Counted from the whole stretch's first letter, positions 11,913 to 26,270 are shown. The stretch: 59,429 nucleotides of DNA, filler included, from Sluysia triapertura (GCA_046118255.1; 4 parts of 4 records of this genome joined end to end with filler, not necessarily neighbours in it); one strand, 5' to 3'. Notes: generated by a model not told the origin, from the letters alone. Numbers and translations: made by a program.

Positions 11913-13274
11913 AAAGTACAAAAACATTTAATATAATTTTGGTATTTTTTAATAAATTTAGGAGTTTTTATATCATTTTTTTCAATTTATGTAAATTAAA
12001 AGTAAAGTTTTCAATCAATCTAAAACAAGAAACTTTGTATTTTATAATTTTCAAAAATTCTAATAAATTTAACAAGTTAATATTTAAAAAGTCATTACAA
12101 ATCTTAAGTTTTATTTCGTTGTGAATTTAAATTTTAGTTAAGAATTAATCTAGTTTAAATAATTATAAACATTTGTTTACTTTAAATAAGAAACTGCAGT
12201 AAAATGTACACAATTTAATATAAATTGATTGAGTTAAAATTAAAATCGTTTAGTTGGTTCATTTTAAAGAACTTGAGTTCCGTTTAATTAGAGAACCAAA
12301 GCAATATATTAATATTTAAACGAATCCATTTAATAAGGAATCAAAGTAAAATCACGATTTAACAAATTATTAACGGTTCTATTTAAGAAAGAACGAGAGA
12401 AAATTGATCATTGAGAATTTTAAGTTAAAACTTTAGTAAAATTTTAATAAGTTTGTATATTACTATTGGATGATAGTTACTATTCATATTAATCAGAGTG
12501 AGTAATTAAACATTCATAAATAAATATTCATATACTCATATCGTGCTTAATCCTTTCAGTATTCTACGGACATATTGTTCCAGAGAATTTCTAATAATTA
12601 CTAAAATAATTTAAATGCTTACAAATGCATTGAGGTCTGGGATTTTAGTCCCAATTATTATTTTGCAATAATCAATAAATAAAATGATCATTTATTTAAA
12701 TATTTATTTTTCCGGTCAAACTAAATCAGCAGTAAATATTACATGAATTAATAAAATAAAAAAATCGTATTGAAAGGGTTAAAAAATAATCTTGATAATT
12801 AAACACAAATAAAACAATTTTATCAATAATCAAAAATCATTTTAATAGCAAAAGATTTGTATTGATTTATTTTGTGTTAAATTTAGTAATACAAATTATT
12901 ATTTCATATTAATATTTTAATTAAACATTTCAATGAAAATAATTTAAAATAAAAGTATAATTTATATATTATTGAAGTATCTCATTCATTCATTGAAATA
13001 ACTAATAAAGTCCTAAAAAACAATAAATTACTTTTTACACAATTACTAAAATTAAAGAACTTTTAAAATCAATAATTTAAATATTAATTCTACTGGACCA
13101 TATGTCTAGTTTTAGAAACACTTATCAAAACAATGCTATTACTAATTCTATTGTTTAAGTTATATTTAGTAAATATAATATTTCTTATTTTACAAATATA
13201 TTATATGTTAAAATCAGATTTAGCTAAATATTTTATTAAATTTTTAGAGCTTTAAGTACAAAATAAAGTGTAAC

Positions 13275-13338
13275 CTTTTTCTTTGTCGTTATCAGTTTCT
13301 TCATCATCATTTTCATCTTCATCGTCAACACCTTCACC
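13275..13338 (-). CDS. Putative small acidic exon (GEGVDDEDENDDEETDNDKEK), possibly a further exon of the Nav channel I-II linker
   Basis: Flanked by TAG and GT, open in the phase expected after the 19190 donor, and purine-rich in an AT-rich context. Assignment to the channel is inference. Confidence 0.45.
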
Positions 13339-15029
13339 CTAAATAAGTAATAATCATTTAAAAATAGATAGAAATCTTTTTCCGCAATGTGGGTGTGAAT
13401 AGAAAAATTTAATAGATATAAAGAAATAATTTCCTCATTTTTTACGTCGTGCTAGCAAATATTAATCACAAAGATGATGTCAGTCATTTAAAATTGAATC
13501 AATGCAAATTAAAAGATATCCATTTTTGAAAATGGAAATGCAAAATTATGGTGTGTAAGAAACCAATTGAATATATTTTATATCCAATAAGATTCAAAAT
13601 TATTTCATACAACTATGCACAGTCACATCCAAAATGGATGAATCAATTAATTTACATAAGCTATCAACTAATGCGTCTTAAACATGACATTTTTCTTCAA
13701 GTACAAATTTTTATGTGTCAATATTTGTGCTGGCGGTTAAGTTGTGCCTGGAATTAAAAACTTTCAATTTGCTACGATGATAGAGAAAATTAAAAATGAT
13801 TTGGTGACATTTATAAATGGACAATTTCAATTAAAAAATCTTAATACATAAATCAGCACATTTAAAAAAACAATTTTATTACTTTTATTATTAATCAAAT
13901 ATATCTTCTACAAAGTTACAACCAATACCAAGTAGCCGAAATGCGGCCGAAATAGACAGATTACATCTTTATCGGACTCACTAGAAGTCATCATACTTGA
14001 TGATGAATATATTCGGAGAGTCATAATGAATGTGACTGTTTGATTTTAATTTATATTTAGATACAGAAAGTGTTGTGTGGATCATTTATAAATGCTACAG
14101 AATATCTAAAATATTGTTAGAAATATTTGTTTTTGATTTTATTTTATTTTGACTTTCGAAATATATTGCGGTTTCGAATATTTTTTTAATTTTGTAGTGG
14201 GTTTGAGGTTGTTACGTAAAATAATTTTAAAGTATCAGTACATTTCTAATGATACTTGTAATCACTATACAAAAACATTTAAACAGTAAAAAATTGTAGG
14301 ACGAAAAAGAATTAGCAAATTATAAACGAAATTTCCATATTAATTTATATGACAAAAGCATCAAAATTATTATACATAATAATAAAACAATATGCCGAAA
14401 TTTCGAACATAATAAGAATATAGGACAATAAACATTATAATGACACAAATATAGGACTAAATAAATATTTTAATAATATGAGTTATCGTACCATAGGTGC
14501 AATAAATCATAAAAGTTTTAAAATTGCAAAAGTAAATAACAAAAATTATAAAAATAAACAAACAAGTCGGTAGAAACAAATTTAATTTCATATGGTCCAT
14601 TAGCACAGTCAACACCTACAAGTTCATTTTCATAGGATGCAACAGTAATAAAGTTAGATCCACATATAATATTTGAGAAATATGTAAATATCGATATTTT
14701 CGTATTTTTTAACGCTAAAATCTATCAATATCATTAGAAACAAATTGTTTTAAAAATTAGCACGTAAAACTAAACCTGTATCACGTAAGACGATAGCAGT
14801 ATCACTAAAGCCATTATTTGAAAACCATTAATACAAGGACAATGTGATAAACGAAATGCGAGAAAAATGTAAATTGAAAAAAGCAGGATATGTATTTGAC
14901 AAATACAAAGACATGTATAATTTAAGTAAAATATCAAAAAGTGCATTTTTATTTAAGTAAAATTAATTGTTTTAAATTCTTCAATAAGCCATGAAAAATG
15001 GCTGTAATCATAATGAGGAGGACTATTTT

Positions 15030-15300
15030 CATTTTCAATATTCTGTAGTGTTCAAACGTTTCGGCGAAAATGTATTATTGGATGTATAAGTGACATCGAG
15101 TTGGAAAATATATCATGCATTATTAATATTGAAAGACATGTTTTTGATACTATTCATTTTAATTATTGATAAAAATGAAAATAGAAACTTGAAGCCAAGT
15201 TAGTATAAATCGAGGTAAGATTTCATTAATTTTTATTTAATCATGCAGAATATTTCTGTACATTCTTCGTGAATTAATTTTATGTACAAGATTTGGAATG
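15030..15300 (+). pseudogene. Polinton A32-like packaging ATPase fragment
   Basis: Decayed Walker A region near 15030-15070, ALLILKDM (compare Walker B LIILDD) and an NRG..ISLIF-like segment (compare RGRH.NIS). Contains stops and frameshifts. Confidence 0.5.
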
Positions 15301-15419
15301 CAGGGAAAAGAAGTATTAAAAGAAAAATTTCAAGAAAAATCTAAATAATTAATAAATAAATGTATGTTTTATATGTTTCATTTGATTTATTATAAACATT
15401 TTATAAATTAAGTATAAAA

Positions 15420-15940
15420 ATGGATTTAAGTAATAATGAAACGTATCAAATCATGAAAAAACACATTTTGTATGTATATTACTACATATAACTTTAATAA
15501 GTGAGTATGGGGAAGCAGGATTAACGCAAACCAAATTTTGTAAATTAAAAAGTAGTAAAGTAGAAATAATAGGTAGAAATTGTCATGATGCGATTCATAT
15601 AAAAGTCAAATATTTTGTTAGATATTTTGAATCAACCAACATTTTTGATTCCAACTGCAAATGCTTTCTTGAAAAATTCAAGAAATAAGTCAAGTTTTTG
15701 TCATGTATATTATGCAGGTATATATTTGTCATGTATATTTGTCATGTATATTATAAAGTTGTTTTGACAGATGCGAAAATCAATGTGAAACGAGTTAAAG
15801 TTTATACATCAATATTAGTTGAACATCAATTAGGCACTCAAAAATCAAATGCAATTTATCTAATTTGTCAAACAAAACTTGTATTGTATAGTATACCAAA
15901 AGGACAACTTGGATTTTATAAAGATCAATTTTTTAGTTAA
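15420..15940 (+). pseudogene. Polinton major capsid protein fragments
   Basis: MDLSNNETY (compare IDLSNT.LY), GLTQTKFCKLKSSKVEIIGR and YKVVLTDAKINVKRVKVYTSILVEHQLGTQKSNAIYLICQTKLVLYSIPKGQLGFYKDQFF resemble Polinton MCP segments (YKV.I.DA.L.VRKVK....AH...L....A.YPI...K.F.IP.G...DNLF). Confidence 0.75.
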
Positions 15941-16357
15941 TCATCTTATTCAAATTTGTAGACATGCATATTTCATTAGTCAAAAAATATACTAACAAGT
16001 TGTTTCGGTCAGTTACTCATTTTACGGTTGTATTATCAATATTTGTATAAATAATTTTATTTAAATATATCTTAGTATATTAATAGACCTTTTATTGTTA
16101 CAGATTTCGTGTTAGAAATTCAGAAAATATTTGGATGACTTCAATTATAAAGATTATGAATTCTTTTGACTATATTTAATATATCAAAATTTGAAATAAT
16201 AAATAATTTACAGATAAATGTTTTTATAAATAATGATATTGATGAATATAATATCCATGTTAAGGTCGATATTTAAAAAATCAATATATTGATATATTAT
16301 ATAGAAATAAGTGTAATAATGAAAAAAATTATTAATTTATAATTATTCAATTTCTTA

Positions 16358-17130
16358 ATGAAGTGTTTAAGAGAATTTAGGACACATATCTCATTTAATA
16401 ATCATATTAAGTTATGCAGTAAAAATCATGAAGGAGATATTTTATGCACTGCGCCAATTGATAATAAATGTGAATATAATGATTACAGTAAATTAGTATC
16501 TTCATCATTTACTATTTATTCAAAATTTGAATCTGCATTACTACCAGACGAACAATATCAACAAAGACATCAACCATTAGCTGCAAGTTTGTTATTTGTA
16601 AGTCCAAAAACGGAATGGTGAATTCGAAACGACGTACTAATGTAAGACTTTCGTCGTACTACAAAAGAATTAATTACATAAACAAAAAAGCCAATTTTAA
16701 AAATTCAATTAAAGTTGCTGACAATTTGATTGCAGTTTTTCTAGGAATAGAAGTAGTGTGCTTAAAAATAGGACAAACTGTTTTAAATCTAAGTAGAATA
16801 AGAATTTAGCAAATCTAATATGAAGAATTAGAAAAATATCGTCAGAAATTTAATTGAAAAATTGAAATTATGGCTGATAATACTGATAGTTTCTTTATAA
16901 AATTCACTAATTCTAAATTATTTATTTTATTAAATATAATGATTAAAGATGAATTATTGGATAAGTCAAATCACGATACAAACCTTGTAACATAGATACA
17001 TAATAGGTAAATTTAAAGACAAGATAAAGGTAAGATAAAATATATTGTACAACTTATGCTTTAGATCAAAAACATCAATTTTATACATTCAAATCAACGT
17101 TTAGCTTATGGAGATGAATTTCGTAGCAAT
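16358..17130 (+). pseudogene. Protein-primed family B DNA polymerase (pPolB) remnant with a large internal deletion
   Basis: CLREF...NHIKLC zinc-finger-like start and FTIYSKFES (ExoI YADFES) run directly into KRRTNVRL...KANFKNSIKVADNLIAV...IGQTVLNLSR, then DNTDSF (DTDS), DKSNH, IGKFKD and LAYG at the C-terminus. Confidence 0.85.
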
Positions 17131-19189
17131 GAGAATTATGATGTTTTTGATGATGATTTTTAATAAATGTATTTATTTGTATTTTTTCTTACCGTTTATG
17201 TTTTAATATTAGTACTATACATTTTTATTAATACTACAGCTTTTACAGACGTTCAAGACTTGTGATTATATATTAAGAATATGAAGGTAATTTCTATTAT
17301 TCTTAATATGTATTCATAGTTTTATATATATAGGTTTTGCGATGGTGATGATTTTTTGTAATTATTTCGTAATATTTACAAAGTCATTACAAGATTAGGT
17401 TGCATCATTCGGAGATGGAGTACGTAAACTGTGATATACTCAGAACTTTCGTAGACATATTAATCATGGGTATATAACACATAACATTATATATCACATT
17501 CTTCTCCAATCTATATAAATATGGTTGCTTAAAGTGACATGTGACTCACTTTTCTGATTAACTGACCTTGAATACTCTTAGTTTCATGCATTATATAAAT
17601 TAAATAATAAAAAATAACTTCCAATTAATTAACACCATATCCAAATTTAATGTAATACTTACTTTAATCAATATAAAACATAATAGCGAGCACGAATAAA
17701 CCATCAAGAGGTATCTCCATCTTCATCTTCCCGGATAAGAGAGTAGATTATTCAATGCGGACATTTTTATCTACTATAAATCAATGCGAGAAAAGTGCAG
17801 TAATAATTATTAAGATTAATAAATATTGATACTATTATCAGTTTTGCTAATTGAGCATACCAAAAACATTAAATAAAATATAAAACCCTTAAATAAAAAT
17901 ATAATCTATACGTAAAAGTACTTTTAACTATGATTATTATAAAAATAATAGTAAGTTTGAGATAATTTCTATTTAAACATTTGAGATTTAATATTTAACT
18001 ATTAAGTTAATATTTTATAAAAAAAAACTATAAAGTCTGACAATATGACATTTGGTTAAAATTATTTATTATATTTTGTTGTCGAATATGACAATTTAAG
18101 AATTAATTATTTCAGATATCACATATAAGATAATGTCCAAATATTACTAACATTATTTATATTTCAATTTTTTCAAGAAAAATTAAATTAATAATTCATT
18201 GTTTTATTCGTTATACTACATTGATTCAATGATCAATTATTGAACTATTATGTTTGAAAAAAATATGGCGACTACAGTAGTAAAATAAACAATAAAATCT
18301 GTCTATCATTTTCTTAAAAGGTAGTCTCATTCAGTAGTTAATTCTTTATTACGAAATTACTACATAGTTAAATTTACAATAAATGATACATGATGAACCA
18401 ATTAAATATTCATAATAAAAGAATTAAATCTGAATAGTGTAATTAAATATAATTTAAAAAAAATTAATTTTGTTTTATTTTTTAGTTTTAATTTTCTGGT
18501 TTCATTTTCATTAGTCTAATTTACTTAATCAATGATATATCTTTATGTCCAATAGAAAAAGAACCATTTTAGTATAAAGTTAATTTAACGTGTAATTTAT
18601 TTTTGTTTTAATCAATCAATTTCACAGAAAATAATGGCTGAAGCATTGTAAAATTTGTTATTTAAAAAGAAACAAAAAGTTAAGAAATAATTTCATGAGC
18701 AATGAAATAATATATACTTGTATAAGGAAATAAAAAGAATTTAAGTCGAATGCGTTCGATAATAAAAGTAAATAAACAAAGTAATGACTCTCAGAAAAAT
18801 TGCGACTCTTTGCGAATGATTTGTCTGGTTAACATATGAAGACAAATTGAAGAATAGAGCATGTCAAATATTCTTTCTTCAAAAGAAATATTTTTAGGTT
18901 TAGTAAATCTTGGCAAAAATGCATCGAACGTAATAATTTCTTGGTTCTGTCTTTTCTTTTTCTTCAAGTGTAATGACGATATGTGGTTCAATTTAAAATA
19001 AACTGGAAGATTTTTTTCAAATGTTTCTTTTTTTATTGAAACGTTTAAATTGTTTTAATAGGTTTAAAAATTTGTCATACATTTGACTGATGATATAAAA
19101 TTCATATTTTAATACCAAAAAATCAAATAATAATAAATTAATAAATGTTTTTCGGTTTATTGGTTTATTTTATTTAATATTTAGCTTAC

Positions 19190-19618
19190 TTCACTTTCAG
19201 TATTTTCTAATGTTTGTCTACTATCTTCTTTTTTAAGCAGTTTCTTTAATTTTATATTTTCCGAATTACTGTTCTGAGTTATATCCGCTTCATTATTATT
19301 TGTATTATATTTATTATCATTGTTATTGGTTTTGTCAATACTTATGTTATTGTTACTATTATTATTGTTGTCATTATTTAAATTTTTATTTTCTTTAATT
19401 TTCTTTTTTTTCTTAGCATTTAACTTCAGTTTATAATCTTTTGAAGTCAATTTTTTCTTTCTTAATTGTTCTTTTTGTGTTTCTCGATCTAGTGCCGCCA
19501 CTTCTTCTTCGTAAGACATTGTAACAACAGCCAACATCAAATTAATTAAATAAAATGATCCGAAAAATACAACGAATATAAAAAAAAGAATATTCCAAGA
19601 TCCAGTGGCACGAATTAC
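19190..19618 (-). CDS. Internal exon of a four-domain voltage-gated Na+-type channel alpha subunit (Nav2/DSC1-like): domain I S6 plus start of the I-II linker
   Basis: AG acceptor at 19620-19619 and GTAAGC donor at 19189. Translation [39 protein letters not shown] carries the Nav IS6 signature ([19 protein letters not shown]), followed by an Asn/Lys-rich linker. Confidence 0.9.
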
Positions 19619-20505
19619 CTAAACACAACAAAACAACAGTTAAAAATAATCAAAATGTGTTTTAAGAAATAAATAAATTATGAATTTTAGATTAGTCTTT
19701 TAGGTAAGTATAAATATTTGGAATGTATTTCAAATTTCAAATATGTATGAATTTATTGTAAATTTGTTTCGATTTTTTATTTATTCAAAAAAGCATTTAT
19801 TTGACTAAGTTTAATAATTTTTGAAATGATGAATTAACTTTTCAAAACTGAAACTTTGTGGTTTAATTTAAATTACATTGTTAAAGAAAATTAAGTGTCA
19901 ATAATACTATTTATTATTTCAATTTGAAAATTTGCAATGCAGTCAAAATTATATTTATATAACCATAAATATAATAATAATATATTAATTTATATAGTGC
20001 TAATATCTACTATAAATAAGTACTGAAAAGTGTTTAGAATTCATCGTTTCTGAATTTTCGAGCCATTTAATATTCTCGAGTTGCATATTTTTGCTTGATA
20101 TATAACTTATCACATATCCTGTGAGAAAAATAAAGTTAAGTGAATAGAATAAAAGTTTAAATTAAAACTGTGAGTTCACAAACGTACTGGACTTACCAGG
20201 GAGGGCCAGCCGTTGGATTTGGTGAAGTAAAAGTAATGGAGGTTAAGTCAAATTTATCAAATTTTAGAATTTATGTTAGTTGTTTAGAATGTTTATCTAT
20301 TAATTCAATAGTTAGTAATTTATATAATTTATTCAAAAAATTTAAATATAATTTTTCGTTGATCCTTTGAAATAGGGTCGAAATGATTAATTTGCGTTGT
20401 TAGATTTATACTCTAACAAAAATCTAATTGACGAATGATTTTTTAATTGAAACTAAAATTAATAAAATTCAAAATTAAGGAATTTAAATCACAAAGTTTA
20501 TTATT

Positions 20506-20605
20506 NNNNNNNNNNNNNNNNNNNNNNNNNNNNNNNNNNNNNNNNNNNNTTAATTAATTAANNNNNNNNNNNNNNNNNNNNNNNNNNNNNNNNNNNNNNN
20601 NNNNN
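20506..20605. other. Artificial assembly spacer, N44-TTAATTAATTAA-N44
   Basis: Exactly 100 bp; the core gives stops in all six frames; the identical structure occurs three times. Confidence 0.97.
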
Positions 20606-22899
20606 GTTGGTTTATATTTCATTAGCATGTGGAACAATACTTTTTTTATCTAATTTTAAAAGAAGGATTTGGAATTTCTAAATCTCTGAACTTTACATCC
20701 CTATCTCAAAAACAGAGATAAAATAATTAACTTCAAAATGTAGATTAAATTTAACACAATCAAATTTATAAAGTTATTTGATATTTTTTGAGGTTAAATA
20801 TTGATAACGTTTATAATTGCAAAGTGTCAATATCTTCGTGACTGGAGCCATTAAATAAGAATATTTAAATATTAAATATTAAGATTACAATATGAAGCTT
20901 TTGAGAATTTCATAATTAATAAACGATTCATTAGACTTTTAATATTTTAAAGTAGTAAATCTATAAATTATTATAAAATTACAATTTAAATCTAATTTTT
21001 TAACTTGAATTTTACTTGATTGCTTTTAAATTAGACAGTAATAGGTTCATCATTTAGAAATGTGTGATTTTAGTCATTTTCATAATATAAATCTGTTAAC
21101 AATATTATCATTAGCGATATTAAACAAAACAAATTTGCTTTACGGTGTTTTCTTTTTGGATTAGTGATCGGAATTTAAATAAATTATAATTTTTTGCTTG
21201 TATTTTGTGTATTCCCTTATACAGTTAAGGACCAACTTGTAGGCGTCAATTAAAAGATAAAATGCAATAATTGCAGCACGAATTGGAGGTCAAAGATGCT
21301 ATTTAGTTTTTTGTATAAATTTTAAATATGATCCAATTTATAAGAATCTTAAAATAATTTCAGGTAATTATAAGTAGTAAATCTTTAACTCAATTATTAT
21401 TAACTTTTTGAAATAAGTTAATTGATTACGCGAAAACATACGTAAAAATATTTCACTGTTAATGTCAAATGGTAATAAACACTTTATAATTTTTTATTGA
21501 TAACAAAATAATGTAATACAAAAATTTACATCTTCAATCACAATTTATGAATTATCTTTTTGCAAAGAAAAAATTATAAAAATTCCAATAAATTATTCAA
21601 CATCAAATATAAGACTAACGGATAATTTTTTCTTTTAGAATTTATGATGTAAAATAAAATAATTAATTTAAGTACAATATTATTACCTTAATTAAATTGG
21701 CAGGCTATTTAAATCGAAAAACTAACGATTATACACATGTATAACATATACATCGCAGTACGAAAAATTTCATTCTTGTTTTGTAATCTCCTACTGTATA
21801 ATTGTATGAGTAATTTTCGTTATTTGGAAGCGATTGAAATTGTTTTTAAAAACTTCTTCAAAGTTTTAATTTTCACAAAATAGTACTTGTTGATAACAAT
21901 TAAATACGAATAAATTAATACATTCTATAGTCGCCAATTAGTAAAATGTGTTTAACAAATCAATTCTCGATTTGGTTTTTAAATAATTTTCTAACTATTT
22001 ATACGTCTTTATAACTGTTGACCTCAATTCAACTTCAATAATTACTAAAAATAGATTTTGTGCTAATTAATTAATTATTTTTTGGTACTTTTAAATTAAT
22101 ATTATAATTTTGATAATAATAGTAATAATAAATTTTTAACAATAATAATAAGTATATTTTTTACATATTTCATTATCTATTTAGCATCTAATATTACCTT
22201 AATTATTAACATAAATTACATTTAATTATTACATCTGACACTTTAACATAATAAAGTAATTCATATAAATACGCACGCATTCATGACTAGCTGTGATGGC
22301 CGGTTCCAATTGATTTATTGAATGAAAATTTGAATTTTATAATTTATTTTATTTCAAAAAATCTATTATAATTAATTGTTAAAGCTTAAAAAGGGATTTA
22401 AGATCCATAAGTTCAAATTGACGTATAAAAATTTTATTACTAAAAATTGTTAATGTAAATAACGAAAAGGTCAAACTCATCTGAATTTACTGAAGTCGAA
22501 AAAATCATTAAAAATTTAAAATACTGTTTATAAAATTAATGATATCTACTAGATAGTTCGTAAGTTAAAATCAAAACGGTTCTTGAATTGTTGACTTTTA
22601 AATGCAATTTAGAAAAAGAAAAGTAAGACATTATATTCATATCAAAAGTTAATTAGTGTTCATTTTAGTCTGTCAAATAAAATTCAAAATAATTTTATTT
22701 TCACAATTTATTTTCAAATAATTTATTTTTCACATATGCTTTGTAATTGCTGATTCACTTTCTTCAATTTCATGTAAATCTGCTTCTAAATTTATTGTTC
22801 AAATTATGTGAATTTTCATCTAACAAATTCGTTTTAGAACTAAAATCAAATTTCTACTCAGACGTGTTTTTAACTTCTTCGTATAATTGTTTTAATTTT

Positions 22900-23621
22900 C
22901 GAGTTAAATTTAACTTAAAATTAATAATGCTTAATTTAGATGTAAACAGTTTATTTGGAGTACTATGTCTATTGAAATTCCTGGTACACTTTGAAATGTT
23001 CTTGTGTATTCTCATAATACGATGTAACTTTTTCACGACGATCTTTTTCTTAACGATCCAATATCTTTATAAAAATCCACAAGGTGAAAATAATTTGAAC
23101 ACATTCACCTTCTTGTAACAGTAATCATAATTGAGACGTGCCACGATCACTTTATCATCATCAAAACATTAAAACTTATTTTTACAATCATAATTCTCAA
23201 CAAATATTCATTAAATAATACAACACCAAGAGTTCGTAGGTGCTCATCGGAAAGGCGTTGATGGGAATGCGGGAGACGATGTCGATGAAAAAATATCTCG
23301 GTATTAATAGAATTAATTGTTACGATTTGTATATGGATGATTTTATTGTAGGTTGTAGGATGCGTGTTGAATATGGTGAGATAATGAGGTAGAAGATATA
23401 TTTGTGAATGAATTTTGTATAAATTTGAGTGTAGGTGAAAATAAAAGTAGTGCATATGGTTCGGACACCGCATAGTGGATCACTAAGTATAGTCTTGATT
23501 CGTCAATTAATTCATGAATTATGGCAGGCTCTGAGGATGAGTTACCAATCGGTAAAATAGTTAAATAATTAAATCTAATGTTGCATATATTAAAGAATAC
23601 TCTTAATTTGTTGTGTTGCAC
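22900..23621 (-). pseudogene. Probable ORF-H copy, DEAD-box-like fragments
   Basis: YLTILPI (after motif I), EPYALLLFSPTLKFIQNSF (Ia; compare PYALILSPTRELA.QI), KF*CFDDDKVI (II-like) and FKLFSP (III-like). No zinc finger seen. Confidence 0.5.
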
Positions 23622-23994
23622 AAATTAAAACCACACATTAATTCAGATATTCCTGTGATTTATAGTAACTTTTGTATATAAAACGTGTTATTCATTAGTC
23701 AACGTAGATCGGTTTCATGTTTTTTGTGAATTTAGAAATTTCATAATTCTCTACTTTGTCATTTTGTTTTTCGATAGATTAAAATAGGACACCCCAAAAA
23801 ATTAAAATAAGCTCTGTCTTATTTTCGGGGAAACAATGGTAGATATGTAGATATATTTTGAATTCTTTCAAATATATGTTTTTGCTTTTTAATGTTACAA
23901 CTGAAACATTTCTGCTTACTTCATTTGTGAAAATTTGAGCAAAAGTTTTACAATTAGATAATTTGTTTTTAATTTGATTTATTAATTATTTCAG

Positions 23995-26208
23995 ATTGTC
24001 AATTTTCACCTCGTGGAACCATTTGTGCTCGACGAAATCCAAATAATCCATGCTTGGGAGATGCCGTTTGCAATGGTTATAATGGAAATTGTTCAGCTCC
24101 TGAACTTCTTTCAGGACCGAGTTGTACTGAATATGGAACTTGCCATAATGGTCGGTGTCAGCCGTATTGTGAATCTATACAGTTATCTGCATGTGCTTGT
24201 GACAATGGTTAAATTAAATTTTTATTATTAAACACAATTTTGTTTTAATTGGACATCAATTAACAATTTTCGGAAGAAAAGTTATATACATTTAAGTATT
24301 TGTTCCTTTGGTTTTATTTTAGTGATTTAAGCCAATTTAAATCAGATGCTTAATCCTATAAATATTTGCACATTGATGTGTTTCTGTAACTTCAAAACTT
24401 AATTAATTTCACAAATTATTCATCCAATTACCAATTCAAATCTAAGCTATCTTTATTATGTAATATATGATTTTTGATAAATTTTAATTATTTAATATTT
24501 ACAAACGTATTTTGCTGAAAAATAAGTAACAGCCAATATTCGAGACCTTGAGCTATGTTTGATAATTTATTTCTGATGATTTTAAATAGTTTTTGAATCC
24601 AAATCAAGAAATTGCGCGAAAGGTAGTCTTAGATTTAGGTTTGTTGAAGTGTTAGATTAAGATTTATATTATCTAAAATTGTTACAAAAATTTCTTCTTG
24701 ACTAATAACTTCACCCTCTACATTCGAGTAATTTAGATTGAAATCGTCGAAATTTATTTTATTCAAAACTAAAATAAAGTGAAACTAATACTTGTGTGTT
24801 TTTGAAATTCTTAATAATTAACCTTTTCATCTCTTATTCAATGAGATTTGATCCATTTTTGCCCACGTCAAAAACTTAAGATGTACAAAAAATTATATAA
24901 ATTTTTATATCTTTCAGAACCAAAAAATGATACCATAAAGAAATTGCATTAGACTATTCTGAAAAATATATAAGACAATCCATCTTAGAATTCTTTGTAA
25001 TCCCGCCATAAATCAATAATCTTGAAAGTTCTTTATAAGTTTTATAAGTTTTGAAACTTCTCATGTAAGATCAAATACTAAATGTGCGAAAAGTCAATTA
25101 AGCATCCCGATACAATTCTGAATGAGATGGAGGAACATTTTTATTGGTGTTCATTTATGCCTCCATAGATCATGTACGTAGTTGTAAGATAAATATAAAC
25201 ATAAATATAAATGTAAAGTAAATATGTAATTTTAAAAGAAGATAAAGTCATGGTATATAAACTTTTATATGTTTTATTTTATTTACAATTTTTACTAATT
25301 ATCTAACAAGCGAAATATTAACAATAACTTTTGTAAGTTTAAGATTAAATACAATTTAAATCAAATACTATTAATAAAGAAATGATAAGAAGATTTACTC
25401 TGACCTATTGACGTTATAACGAAATTGTACGTCTTTAAATGATGAAAAGCTATTTTAATTTATATCAAGAACGTTTTCATAAATATACAATGGGAATGAA
25501 ATAAATTACTCAGTTCAGAATTTAATAAAATTAATTCGGCTTAACATTTCATAAACGACAACCACGTCATCGCACCATCAAATAGCACTTAGTCTAAATC
25601 CAAAATGGATATGAACATTACATAAATTTGTACAATCACAAAACTATATTTAAGACACTAACATATTTTATTGCACTATTGAGTTCCATCAATTTCAAAA
25701 ATAGAATCAAATACAAATAATAAAAGAAATAAGTACTTAAATTTAATTTTTTAAAAATGAATTTCATTTTATATCTTGTCGTTACATTTACGTTGTAGTC
25801 AGAAACGCTATCTTCAAATTTTAATTTCTGCGCATAAATAAAAACTGAAAGTAGTACACCAAAACAAATAATAGTTGACAATATTTGATTTTGATTTATT
25901 AATATTTCTGTGTATTTTTCTTTTTTAATAATACATCCTAGCAAATATAATTATTAAACCTCTTTTGGGTTCACTTGAAGTCGATGATATATATACGAAG
26001 AAGACACTGTTTCAGGATTTTTTTAACGATAATGCTACAGAAGAGGTCCCAATGAATGATATTATATTATATAAATTATATATTCCAAATACAATATTTT
26101 CCTTAAACACCTTAACCTTTTATTCACGAAATTGATAATCAATTATATAAATTCAAAGGTACATTATGAAACAATGTTGAATAAAATAAAATACAAACAA
26201 AATGATAC

Positions 26209-26270
<62 letters not shown>

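Larger units (their letters stand above)
14780..17130 (+). mobile_element. Heavily deleted Polinton/Maverick remnant; boundaries approximate, no TIRs identified
   Basis: Three hallmark Polinton genes lie in series on one strand: A32-like ATPase, major capsid and pPolB fragments. Confidence 0.8.

Noticed and set aside
20506-20605. TTAATTAATTAA between N runs as a biological motif (piggyBac TTAA array or conserved element)
   Set aside because: Identical 44+12+44 structure at three places; it is a six-frame-stop assembly linker.
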